From Catajapyx aquilonaris (lineage: Eukaryota): a DNA stretch of 64,000 nucleotides. The notes below the pieces were generated by a model that saw only the letters and a program-made list of their open reading frames with translations, was not told the origin of the DNA and made no database searches. A program made the position numbers and the translations under genes. The stretch's first letter is position 1, and every line of letters begins with the position of its first letter. Shown one piece after another: positions 1 to 10,435 of this stretch. The stretch lies in the NCBI GenBank assembly GCA_000934665.2, contig KZ538097.1, forward strand, positions 1-64,000, given 5' to 3'.

Positions 1-211
1 GCTAGAGTCATTCGATGGCAATGCTGTTTGGTGCGAGCAGGACAATCCGCGGTATGAAAGAGCCATACAAGCCGGGCACCTCCGCACTTCCACGAAATCC
101 AAGCAACCAACCATGCGAAGAAGAGAACAATAAAAAGCGAAAAAGCCACTTCCCCATCCCCAGTGTGACTTGCTCGGCGCCAAGTAGCGGCTAGCTCGTC
201 ATGACGAGGTC

Positions 212-542
212 CCCTTACCGAAATTAATTTATATATAATATCAATATAGTGGCGAGGTGGTCGCGTGGTGGGTACCTCGCGACTACCTCGGCTGGCAAGG
301 TGGTCGCGAGGTGGGTACCTCGCGACTACCTCGGCTGGCAAGGTGGTCGAGAGGTAGGTGGTCGCGAGGTGGGTACCTCGCGACCACCTCGCCACCGCCA
401 CCTTGCGACCACCTCGCAGACCGCCACCTCGCCGCGACTTCGCCGGCGACATAGCGAAATGAAACAACAGCTAGTATGCGGTTGGGTGGCCATAAGCTCG
501 TCTGACGACCTCGCCGCGAGGTAGAGAAAATTTCGGTAAGGG
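212..542. mobile_element. Non-autonomous DNA transposon (MITE) with CCC...GGG termini
   Basis: 14-bp perfect TIRs CCCTTACCGAAATT (212-225) / AATTTCGGTAAGGG (529-542). Interior built of palindromic GGTCGCGAGGT/ACCTCGCGACC units, with a 43-bp tandem unit starting at 255, 298 and 341 (partial). No TSD visible. Confidence 0.8.
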
Positions 543-1099
543 AGGCCACTGGGTACTGGGGATGATTGCAGAAGGGAGTGAGGACATCAGATTTGTGATT
601 TGCCCAGAAAATTGTAGGGGCTGCCAATAGTCTACAGCCCATTATTCAAGAGCACGTCGCGCAAGGGTCCATAATCCATACGGACTTCTGGCGTGGGTAC
701 CTTGGACTAGGCGGGATAGGTTATCTTCATCAGGTCAGTTTATACGTCGTCATCGAAGAATAAATACTGACCTACCATTTCTGTTTCATTTAGCGGGTTA
801 ATCATAACAAGCGATTTGTCATGGATGATGGCACACACACACAAAGAATCGAGGCTAGCTGGCGTCCTGCAAAAGATTACTTCCGCCATGTGGAGGATTT
901 CAGAGGAACACTTTGCAGACTACCTCGTGGAGTACCAGTGGCGCCGGCAATGCAGGAAGGAACATATAGATCCCTTCAGTGCGCTTCTTGCTGCCATCCG
1001 ACGGGCATACCCAGTTTAGGCCTCTTAAATAAAGTTCGGTTGCATTACATTGTCCAGTCCTTTTGGTACTGAAGCCTCCTCTCCTTAGGCGGCGATGCC
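543..1099 (+). pseudogene. Merlin / IS1595(ISXO2)-like DDE transposase, C-terminal remnant with one intron
   Basis: Manual translation: GHWVLGMI...[frameshift ~619]...LQPIIQEHVAQGSIIHTDFWRGYLGLGGIGYLHQ [GT-AG intron 734-793] RVNHNKRFVMDDGTHTQRIEASWRPAK...[frameshift]...HFADYLVEYQWRR, stop at 1019. These are typical ISXO2/Merlin motifs (TD.W.GY, H..VNH...FV, HTQ.IE..W, YL.E..WR). A possible right end GGCGGCGATGCC at ~1088-1099 is inferred only. Confidence 0.85.
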
Positions 1100-3950
1100 C
1101 CACCGTTGATTGTGTTGGTGAATCTGTGAGGCGTTGGAGTGACCGCCCCAGTACTGTCCGTCTTGTGGCCCTGCCAGGCACGGTACGTCGCCCGTGCGTG
1201 ATTGGATCCCCAAAGACGAGGAGGGGTCGGTGAGGCCGATCTGTTTGACCCCAGCGTTAGGGCGCGTTTACGATCGCATGCTGAACCATCGCCTGGCGTA
1301 CTGGCTGGAGAGTGGTGAGAGGCTGAGTGCGGGCCAGTATGGGTTTCGGAAGGGACGGGGGGTAATAGATGCCGTAGAGAACTTGGTGGACGGCATAAGG
1401 GGAGCTTGGGGCGAGGGTATGCATTGTTACTTGGTGTCGTTGGACATATCCAATGCATTTAATTCTATCCTTCACGCCAGCATTGTGGAGCGCCTGTTGG
1501 AGTTGGGCTGTCCCGGTCGTCTGTTTCGAGCCTTGGTCGGCTTTCTCGGCCCCCGTAGCGTTGAGTTTGACCAGTCACATTTTGTGATGGATCGGGGCTG
1601 TCCACAGGGTTCGAGCTTAGGGCCGACCCTGTGGAATCTGGGCATGGTTTACCCTGATTCGGGAGGGGGAGACGGTGGATGGGGTTCGAGTGTGTCGGCA
1701 AGCATATGCCGACGACCAGATGATCCTTCTGGTTGGGCCTTCTGCCGAGAGGATCGCGAGGAGGTGGAAGGTTTTGGAGGCAGCTCTTTTGGAGTGGGCG
1801 GGCGATAAGGGACTTTCTTATAACGTCTCGAAGACAGAGAGCATCTTTTTTCCCCATCATAAGGTGGAGAGGGAACCAGCCATCAAGTTTCAGGGAGCTC
1901 CTGTGGAGGTCCTGAAGTCTGTCCGAATACTGGGGATCTACTTGATCCCCAGTTGTCCTGGAAGTCACATGTCCTGAGAGCAGCGGCTAAGGTCCGGAGG
2001 GTGGGGTCTGGTTTGTGGCGGGTGGCGGGCAAGGCTTGGGGTTTGTCCCCACGAAGTAGACGCGTCATCATACTCCGTGCGATTCTGCCAATGTTGTACT
2101 TTGGGGCTGAGGTGTGGGGTGGATGCAGTCGGCTTACAAAGGTTGCCCCGCAGTTGCGGGCGGCGCTTCGGCCCTTCCTTTTGTCCCTTACGAGGGCACA
2201 TCGAACGACGTCTTATGAATGTCTGTTCGTACTGGGAGGCATTGTTCCCCCGGACATTCGGGCCTTTTCCAGGTGGGAGGCGCGGATGGATCTCCTGGTG
2301 TCGCCGCCGGAGGTGGCCCCGCCTGCTTATCGGCAGTTGGGAAGCGTTCCTCCCTGGGGATGGGTCCGGGTGGAGCTGGAGACGTGGATGGGGATGCCCG
2401 TAGGGGTGGATCTCCTATTGTACACGGATGGGTCCCTGACTCGGGGAGTGAACGCGGGGGGAGCTGTGGTTGGCATGAACAGCGACGATCGGGTGCTGTT
2501 GTGTGAGAGGCATGCCTTCGATGGCTCGGTGGAAATATATGATGTTGAGCTCCGCATGATCGTTCGGGCTTTGGAGATTGTGGGCGAGCGTGCCTCTGAA
2601 GACGAGGTCACGTGGGTCGTATCCGATTCGTTGTCTGCTCTGCAGGCCATCAGCAATCCCCGCGCTTATGACGACACAGTACGATATGCTCAGGAGCTTC
2701 TAAGGCTGGCCCGGGACAGGGTGAGTTTGTGCTGGGTGCGGGGACACGCCGGGGTCGTTGGCAACGAGCGTGCGGACTTGGAGGCCCGATTGGCTGCGGC
2801 AGGGCAGGTGGGTGTGGAGCGGATTCCAATCACGAGGAAGGGCGCCCAGCGGCGAGGTGTTGAGGAGGCCGAGCGTATGTGGCAACGGGACTGGGACCGG
2901 GTGGGGAAGGCCTGGAGTCGGGAGTTCTTCCCTTTGGTCAGCACGGACAGACACGTTCATGGGCACATGGCGCGATTTGTTTCTGGCCACGGCCCATTTA
3001 ATGAGTATTTTGCGAGGTTCCGGTTGCTGGGGCGGAGACGGTCGCGGGACCTTTCTGGGGCTGTGAATGTGGAGGCGGTCAACAGACTCCGGCCCACTTG
3101 TTGTGGGATTGCGATTTGTATGAGATCGTTGAGGCCCGCGACCGTCTTCTGTTGCAGGTGATGGTGAAGGGGGGGCTGGATTGGCCGTGCGCACTGGCAG
3201 ACCTGGTTCAGTTTTACTGGGCGTCACTTAGCCGTTTTTGTTTGGCGGCTGATAAGTTCCTGTCCTCGATCCATGATTGATGTCGTCGGCTGCGATTGGA
3301 GTTGGCGGCAGAGCATTGGAGGGTTGAGGACATTTGTTGGAACATTAGTTGTTGGGGGGGTTGTCTGNGGGGGGGTTGTCTGTCTTTTGCAGTTGAGGGG
3401 GGGTTGTGGGGCCTGAGAGGGTTCTCTTTTCTTTGAGTAGTTCATAATATTGTTCGTGGTTGTTTCTTGGGATTTTGGTGTGCGTGGGTAGGAGGTTTGG
3501 TCCCCCTGGGCGCTGGCCCAGGGGGGCTTGGGCTAATGCTGGTTCCAGGGGTCTGGGGCTTCGGCTCCGGTTCTTCCTTGGGACAATATTGACTTGGAGC
3601 GTTTCGTATGCCCCGGCCCCAGACTGTATGAATCTGGGAGCCGGACATTGTCGGTTTGTTGCCCACAGGTGGTAAGGCCTCTTTGGCTAATTACACCTGC
3701 AATTCTTTTATCTAAAGGTGATCCAGACACGTATAAACGGCCCTTTTAAGGGCCATCTTCCCCCTGATGTATTTCCACCTTGTCGTAGTGGTGGGGGTGG
3801 GATTGCGTTTTTCCCGATGGACCCGACCCCAAAGAGCTATGCCGGCGGTAGCTTCGTCTAGTGGTAGGGCCACCCAAGTCGGACAGGTCTTTGGGGTGGG
3901 ACACAGACTAAGAGGAATGCCACTCCTTCATCCCTTTTTAAAAACAATAC
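1100..3950 (+). mobile_element. 5'-truncated non-LTR retrotransposon with RT and RNase H (R1/I-group-like), decayed
   Basis: RT motifs IPK..RPICL, QYGFRKG, SLDISNAFNS, GCPQGSSLGPTLWN, QAYADD (1194-1977). RNase H motifs YTDGS, ELRMI, SDSLSAL, WVRGHAGVVGNERAD (~2420-2790). SGHGPF and CECGGGQQTPAHLLWDC zinc knuckle (~3060-3112); stop at 3280; G/T-rich 3' UTR. Frameshifts near 1660, 1950 and 3055. Both ends approximate. Confidence 0.92.
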
Positions 3951-4125
3951 GAATAAACAGTTTCAGCAATGGAACACTTGCTTATTTTCATTTATTCATT
4001 GTTAATTACTTGCAATTTCATAATTCAATTACTCTTTAACGAAACGTTTCTCCGCCCAAGGAATAGTGTCATTCGACTCAGCCCATGGAGGAGCTTCAGG
4101 AAATGTATAGAAGCCTGCAATATTT

Positions 4126-4497
4126 TTGGGGGGAGGGGGGCTAAAGTGCATCCTTACCTGTTTCCTGAAATGTGGACATACCAGCTGCAGTCAAGAGGTC
4201 CGGAAATCTATCGTCCATTATGTGCACTGCAATTTCCAACGATTCCAGGATGACACGAGTGACACTGACGGGAACCGCTTCAATGATGGTGATACATATA
4301 AACTATATATGTTGCAATCTGCCAACTGGGGTACAGCCGTTGAAATCGCTGCAGCAGCTGAGATGTGGGAATGCCGTTTTATGATTTTCGTAGTACACGA
4401 TAAGCAACAGCCGTACCCGCTATTTTTCGGAACGGCTGGCACAGAGTATGTGCTCAGATTTACTACCTGGCAGGGAGGCCCACATTACGATGCAATG
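4126..4497 (+). pseudogene. OTU-family cysteine protease domain of the Helitron
   Basis: VRKSIVHYV...YMLQSANWGTAVEIAAAAEMW...GGPHYDAM matches the OTU C-terminal half. The catalytic Cys motif upstream is not recognisable. Ends at splice donor ATG|GTACGT (4497/4498). Confidence 0.75.
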
Positions 4498-4678
4498 GTA
4501 CGTTCTTTCGTAGTATTTAATTCTTTGGTGGAGAATTGCTACTTTTCTTGTCTTTTCCTTAGGTGCCAAAAAAGATTACACAGCTTCATCCGAAAGTTGC
4601 TACAGCTAATGTAAGTACAGTACCGTACTGCAATACTCCTCCATTTAGGTGCCTTATATCTCTATCTGTTTTCTGCAG

Positions 4679-5812
4679 ATGGCTCATGACGAACCATTAA
4701 CACTGATCAACACCAGTAAGAGGAGACGGCTACAAGACGTTAAAGTTGCGAGCCAGGACAACATCTCTGCCATGTCCTCCCCAACTTCTGAGCGCATACT
4801 ACCCCTGACACCAGGTGCTGCCAGTGGCAAGTCCCTTGGACGTCCTAAGAAGCCTAAGCGTGGAAGGCCCAAAACATCAGATAAGGACCGAAGGGAGCAA
4901 GTCAAACAGGCCTCTGCACGATACTCACTCTCAGCTAAGTCCTCCCAGGCCCGCCGTGGTCATTTGAAACGGTATAGGGAGTCTCATAGGGATCATCTTC
5001 GTCAGGCGAGTCAGGAGTACTGGTCTAGCAATATCGAAACTGTGCGTCAGTGCAAAGAAAGATACCGGCTTTCTCACGTGGACCATGTAAAGTGCTATCA
5101 GGTTCAAAATTCAGAGAAGGTTAAGCAAGCAAAGATACGCTACCAAAAGAGACACCCCGAAAAATTATCACAAGCATCACGTCGCTACCAGATAAGGAAA
5201 CCTGACGTCCACCGGAAAGCCGCGAGAAGGTACTATTTCAATCATCCTGAAAGAAGAGCACGTTCAGGACATGGACTATCTCGACTCGCTAGAAAATTCA
5301 CTTACAAATACAGAATACAACAAAAGATAAGTCTCAGGTACACTGGCAACCAACAAAATATTCAAGAAATTACTGCTAGGCTTACCCAAGGATCACTTGT
5401 GCAAAGGACCATCACTGCAGAGTCAATTTTTAAGTGGGCGACAGTTCATAGGGGTAATATTTTAAAGAAATTCCACAACAAACTCGCTAACCTTCAGGTT
5501 TGTGTCAACAATTTCTTGACCAAACTTGATGAGTCTGACCCTGAAGCAAATGTCTGCGACAGGCTATGTGTCACTTTCGGGGAAGCTTTACATCTACCAA
5601 GTCAGGAGCCATACTTCTACGAAGAAGCTTACCGAATGCACGATCTGTCAATAATTCCTATTCCTGTCAATGTCGCAGGTGAGGCAGTGATATTTGCTCA
5701 CTCTGTTAATGCAAGAAATGACAGGGGCACGGCCTGGACCTGCTCGGAGCTCTGCCGTCTTGATGAAAATGTACTTCACGAATTGCTACAGTGTCTCCAA
5801 TTTTTTTGCTAG
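4679..5812 (+). pseudogene. Helitron N-terminal region: AT-hook plus basic helical repeats
   Basis: Longest remaining open frame of the element, starting after acceptor TTCTGCAG (4678). AT-hook-like GRPKKPKRGRPK, then repeated R/K-Y..(H/N)PE/D units. Continues by frameshift into downstream Helitron fragments. Confidence 0.65.
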
Positions 5813-8190
5813 ATCTCTACCAAAACATTTTCTTTTCTACTGCAGCAACACATGGCAGCGTTCGGTCAAAAGCGATCTGCAATATCTGAATGGTGTTAAA
5901 TCATATTTTCCAACATTGAGAACTCTTGTCAGGAAATTTTACTCTGTAATCTCACTATGTCACACTCTACGTAGCATTGACACTGCCCTTAATATCGGCA
6001 ATATATCAACTTTGCAGGAAATCGCTGCGAAATGTAAGACTGGGAATGGTGTGTTTCAGAACCAAAGTGAAAACATAACGGAAGATGACATAATTGACCA
6101 GTTCAAAAATACATTTTCAAACTTTAACAAAACAAACCCATGACCTGCCTGTGAATACGTGTACTACCTCATACCAGAAGGTGTGCTTCAAGCGAGATGT
6201 CAGTCACTTTTGTAAACTTCATAAACCCCTCACTTCAGAGAGTTGGTTGAGATTTGTGAACTTTCTACAGCAACGTGGCATCCATTTCACTGAGTATATT
6301 TGCCGATTCTGTCTGCAGAAATTTAGGCAAAATGCCATGCCTGCCACCTGCATTATGATTCACCTTCTAGTTCCGGGCGCCCGCCCCTATGAAACTGAAC
6401 AAGTTAAATGAGTATGAAAAAAATTCTAAAGAGGGCCAAGTGGTTACGTTTATGATGCCTGTTGGAAATAAAAACATTCCGAATAGGCACAAGGTAAAGA
6501 ATGTCGTAGGTCGCACCTTCTATAGTATACCTGCCATTGCCATTGCAGCAGACTTTGCAGAAAATGCCGAAACCAGAGAAAGCTCTCTGTGAAAATCCGG
6601 AACTCTACATTCTGGTACGGGGCGCTGCTACTAAGAGCAAGGTTATATGGGAGCATTTAGTTGACGTCAATAATGTCCATTCAGCTCTCCGAGTTCTTCA
6701 ACAGATTAACCACCTTTATGCGAATATCCAGCTACCGTCACGATCCGAAGAACTGCTCGCCAATATTTCCCCTGATTTACAACATGAAGTGGAACAGACA
6801 CTGGAGATGGAGCCGCCGGCTCTCTTAACTCAGGTTACCGCTGAGCTAGAGTATCGAAATGAACAGGTCACGATCTATCCGCTTCATGAGAAAAAGCTCA
6901 ATGAGACAGCTTCAACATTGAATCAAAATAATGGTCAAGGTAAATGCAGCGCCAATAGATTCTCGGGACAAGGACATCGATGTGAAATGTTTACCTGATT
7001 TATTTCCCTGTGGAAAATATGGCCAGTTTCAGAAGAGGACCGTCAAGTTAACATCTTCCGAATTCATTAAGACAAAACTTATGTCCAGCCACCCACAATT
7101 CAGACTAAATCAACAATACTTGTTTTATTTATTGAGCGATGCTAACATCCGACAGCTGACTGCTGGCATATTTTATAAGCTCAATGTCATAAAGCACAAA
7201 GAAAGGCTCACTGCAGCTAGGTATATGCAGATGCTTAAAAATGATGAATTATGAGACTTGACAGCCATTTTCTCAGGATTAAGAAATACTGAACAATATT
7301 GGGCTATACCAAGAATTACGGTCCTGCCACATGGTTTCTCACTATTAGTCCCAGCGAATGGAGTTGGAATGAACTAGGTGACTTCATTCGTCAGGTAAAC
7401 GGTCTAGATTTCACAAATAAGTCCACCAGTGATGAGTTAGTAGCCCTCGATCCAGTTTCAGCAACTATTTCAAGGGTATGCTACACTTTATTTTGTCCAA
7501 AGATGAGCCATTAGGGCCTGTTCATCACTAATTCTGGTGACGCGAGTATCAATCACGAGGGGCACAACATTTTCACCGCATGTTGTGGATTAAAAACGCC
7601 GCTATCTTGGGAGTATCATCAACTGAACGCGTCGCAGAATTTATTTCTAAATATGTCACTTGTGTCATACCTAACAAACAGACATGCCCAACATTACATG
7701 AGCGTGTTACCAAATATCAGACCATAACAGCTATTGCAGAAGGAAAACTTCTTCTCTTCCATACTCCTTCTGCTCAAACCATGGCGAAAGCTAGGCGAAT
7801 TAATTTCTGACTTCTTTTCCTATACTGAAGCTTTTCGTGCGGCTAAACATGACACAGAGGAATGCTTGAGGTATAGTGAGCTTCAGTGTGACTTTCAGAA
7901 AAGGATTGACACTGCTTTCCAACTCATCCAAGCAAGGGTAGGTGAGTTGGAAGAAGCTGGACATGGTAAAGATGACGATGGGGACTGTCCTGATAACCCT
8001 TTAGAGTTCCAGCCCTTGGAGGCAGCCAATGTCATGCATGATCTTCGTGAGGTGGTTCAACTTGGCCATATTGAGGTAGACGTATTGTACAACCTAGATG
8101 ATTAACATATTAAACAGTCATCAGAGGATAGTGTTCCAGTATGTTCAACATGATTGTGCTAACGACAAGTGACGCAACAGTCATGAGAAA

Positions 8191-10027
8191 ATGTTGCAGT
8201 GGAACTGGTGGAACTGGCAAAAGTCATCTAATTCACACCATTCAAGCGTGTGTCAGACAGGAGCCATTAGCGCTCTGACAGGCATCGCGGCATTCAATGT
8301 CAATGGCCTCACTATTCACCGACTCCTGCAGTTGCCTATAGAACATGAGAGGACTCCAAAGTATCGCCCACTGTCAGATGAAGTTCTACAGCTCATGAGA
8401 GGAGAGCTCAAGAACGTCATTGACGAGGTGTCCATGGTCTCCAACCTCACCCTAATGTACATTCATTTACGTCTGTCAGAAATTTATGCAGCCACAGATG
8501 AATAGAATGGCTGGTTTGGAGGAAAGCACATCTTGTTCTTAGGAGACTTATGTCAGCTGCAACCTGTTCATCAACAGCCACTTTTCATACTCTTTCCCCT
8601 GCGGATACAGACAAATACTTTGGCGCATTATGTCCGGTTAATTTGTGGCGAGATCTGTTAACTTACGACGAACTAACGATAAATATGAGACAGCAACATG
8701 ATAATGTTTGTGCAATTACTTCAACGGGTCCGCTTAGGAATCATTTCCAAAAATGACATTCATGCACATTCATGTTCTTCAAAAGAGAGTCACAAATATC
8801 GCCTCAAATCATGCTACTGGCACACTACAAAACCTTACTGATTACTTACTAAAGCTGCGGTCAGATACGATTTGTTTCCTACCTACATGCCATATGTGCA
8901 AAGTCCTAAATGAAACCGAGCTTCAAGCTATCAACTCTCCTGAAATTGTACTTCAAGCTGAAGACTCGGTGGACTGTTCCGGATCTGTCCGATCTCGTGT
9001 CGACGAGCTACTTACAAAGTACGAAGAAGATTGTTCCAATACAGCTGGTTTGGAGCGAACCATTACCATTAAACTTGGAACTAAAGTTGAGAAGGAATAT
9101 AGATGTTACTCTTGGCTTGGTTAACGGTGCAGTGGGGTCTGTACCACCCTGATGCGCCACAAAAAGCTAAATCCGTAAGAATTAAATTTTCATTCGTTTT
9201 GGAACATGACCTACTACCTGTCAAGAGCCAATTTGAAATTATGACAAACGCATTCATCCATAGGAAACAGTTCCCCTTAACAATAGCTTATGGCATCACG
9301 ATTCATACGAGCCAGGGTTTGACTTAGGCCCCGGTCACACTAGACCAAATTCCGCCGAATTCACCGAATCCTGTTTACTTCCATGTGTTTGATTTTTTGA
9401 AATCAAACACATGGAAGTAAACGGGATTCGGTCGGGAGGAGACACACACGACGGAATTTCCGTCCTTCCGTCGAGCACCAGCCGAAGACACGACGGAAAA
9501 AATCGGCCGCCGATTCGGTCGGGGACAATAATCCCATTGCAATACATTGATTCCGCCGGGGAAAGGCCACACTACCGACGGAAAAAGGGGCTTTTCTGGC
9601 ATGGAAACCAGGGGATTGGTAGCTGAAAGGGCAGCAAGGTGGCAGCACGGTCGACGGAAATTCGGCGTGTAAAAAATTTGCAAAATCATTCGGCGACGGA
9701 ATTTCCGTCACGGAAATTCGGTCTAGTGTGACCAGGGCCTTAGACAGTGTCCTTATGGACATTAGCTCCTCACTTTTCTGTTGTGGTCAAGCGTATGTGG
9801 CCTTGTCTCGAGTCAAAAAATTGGATGGAATTCATCCAATCAACTTTGATCCCACTCAAGTTAAAGCTAACGATAAAGCCATAACGGAATATAACAGACT
9901 AAGACTTAAATTCAGGCCGGACCTTAGTTTCCAATTCACTCATTCTAAGAGGCATCCCAAGGTCCCTGACCGAGTCTGGGCTGTTGTGATCGTTCAGAGT
10001 GTATATTTTCACCACATTCCCACGTAA
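8191..10027 (+). pseudogene. PIF1-like SF1B helicase of the Helitron, frameshifted and MITE-interrupted
   Basis: Walker A CSGTGGTGKSHLI (~8195), TGIAAFNVNGLTIH, Walker B IDEVSM, GDLCQLQPV, RRNIDVTLGLVNGAVG, TIHTSQGLT | MITE | LDSVLMD...GQAYVALSRVKKLDGI. Confidence 0.9.
9327..9739. mobile_element. PIF/Harbinger (Tourist-like) MITE, 413 bp
   Basis: TIRs GGCCCCGGTCACACTAGACC / GGTCTAGTGTGACCAGGGCC (1 mismatch). TTA on both flanks (9324-9326, 9740-9742). Splits helicase residues SQGLT|LD. Confidence 0.92.
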
Positions 10028-10151
10028 ATCACAATAAGACCCGTTCTGCAAATTAACACTGGGCATGCTGGTAAGTCTGTTACGGGAGGATCAGTGCTAA
10101 CAATGTTCTCAGCAACAAGCACTGGCAGAGCTTGGCCAGCTTATGCTCGTA

Positions 10152-10435
10152 CAGTGATGGACATTAATCGCGTCATACTGCTTGCGACATATCTGATGCG
10201 GCAGAAGTGCATATCGAAGTGATAGAGTGTGAGCCGTGCGAATAAGAAGAGGTAGTAGCCCTTTACTGACGTCACCGGCTGGGGGGAAATGGAGCAAGGC
10301 TTGTCCCCAGCCAGTGACGTCAACCAATGGCTACCATTTCTTACTCGCACGGCTCGCATCCTATCACTTCGATTTGCATGTCTGCCGCATCGGAAAATGT
10401 CGCTAGCAGTATGACTGAATTAATTTCCAGCACTG
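10152..10435. mobile_element. Palindromic MITE family A (CAGTG-ended, Tc1/mariner-type), copy 1
   Basis: Whole ~280 bp is an imperfect fold-back (CAGTGATGGACATTAAT...ATTAATTTCCAGCACTG), TA on the left flank. Homologous to 40237-40512 and 44336-44615. Confidence 0.85.

Larger units (their letters stand above)
4090..10150 (+). mobile_element. Decayed Helitron (Helentron/Helitron2-like) with OTU, AT-hook, Rep and PIF1 helicase
   Basis: Collinear + strand fragments with many frameshifts and stops: OTU (WGTAVEIAAAA...HYD), GRPKKPKRGRPK, Rep motif 1 YGPATWFLT (~7317), HUH motif REYQSRGAQHFH (~7541), helicase GTGGTGKS, IDEVSMVS, FGGKHILFLGD, LTINMRQ, QFPLTIAYGITIHTSQG, GQAYVALSRV. Termini not identified. 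Confidence 0.92.

Noticed and set aside
249..524. Repeat array that might suggest CRISPR, and the ORFs over it
   Set aside because: No unique spacers; these are tandem and palindromic units inside a TIR-bounded MITE, and the ORFs are by-products.
502..530. CTGACGA plus hairpin as a hammerhead ribozyme
   Set aside because: GAAA does not directly follow stem II, and no stems I or III are present.
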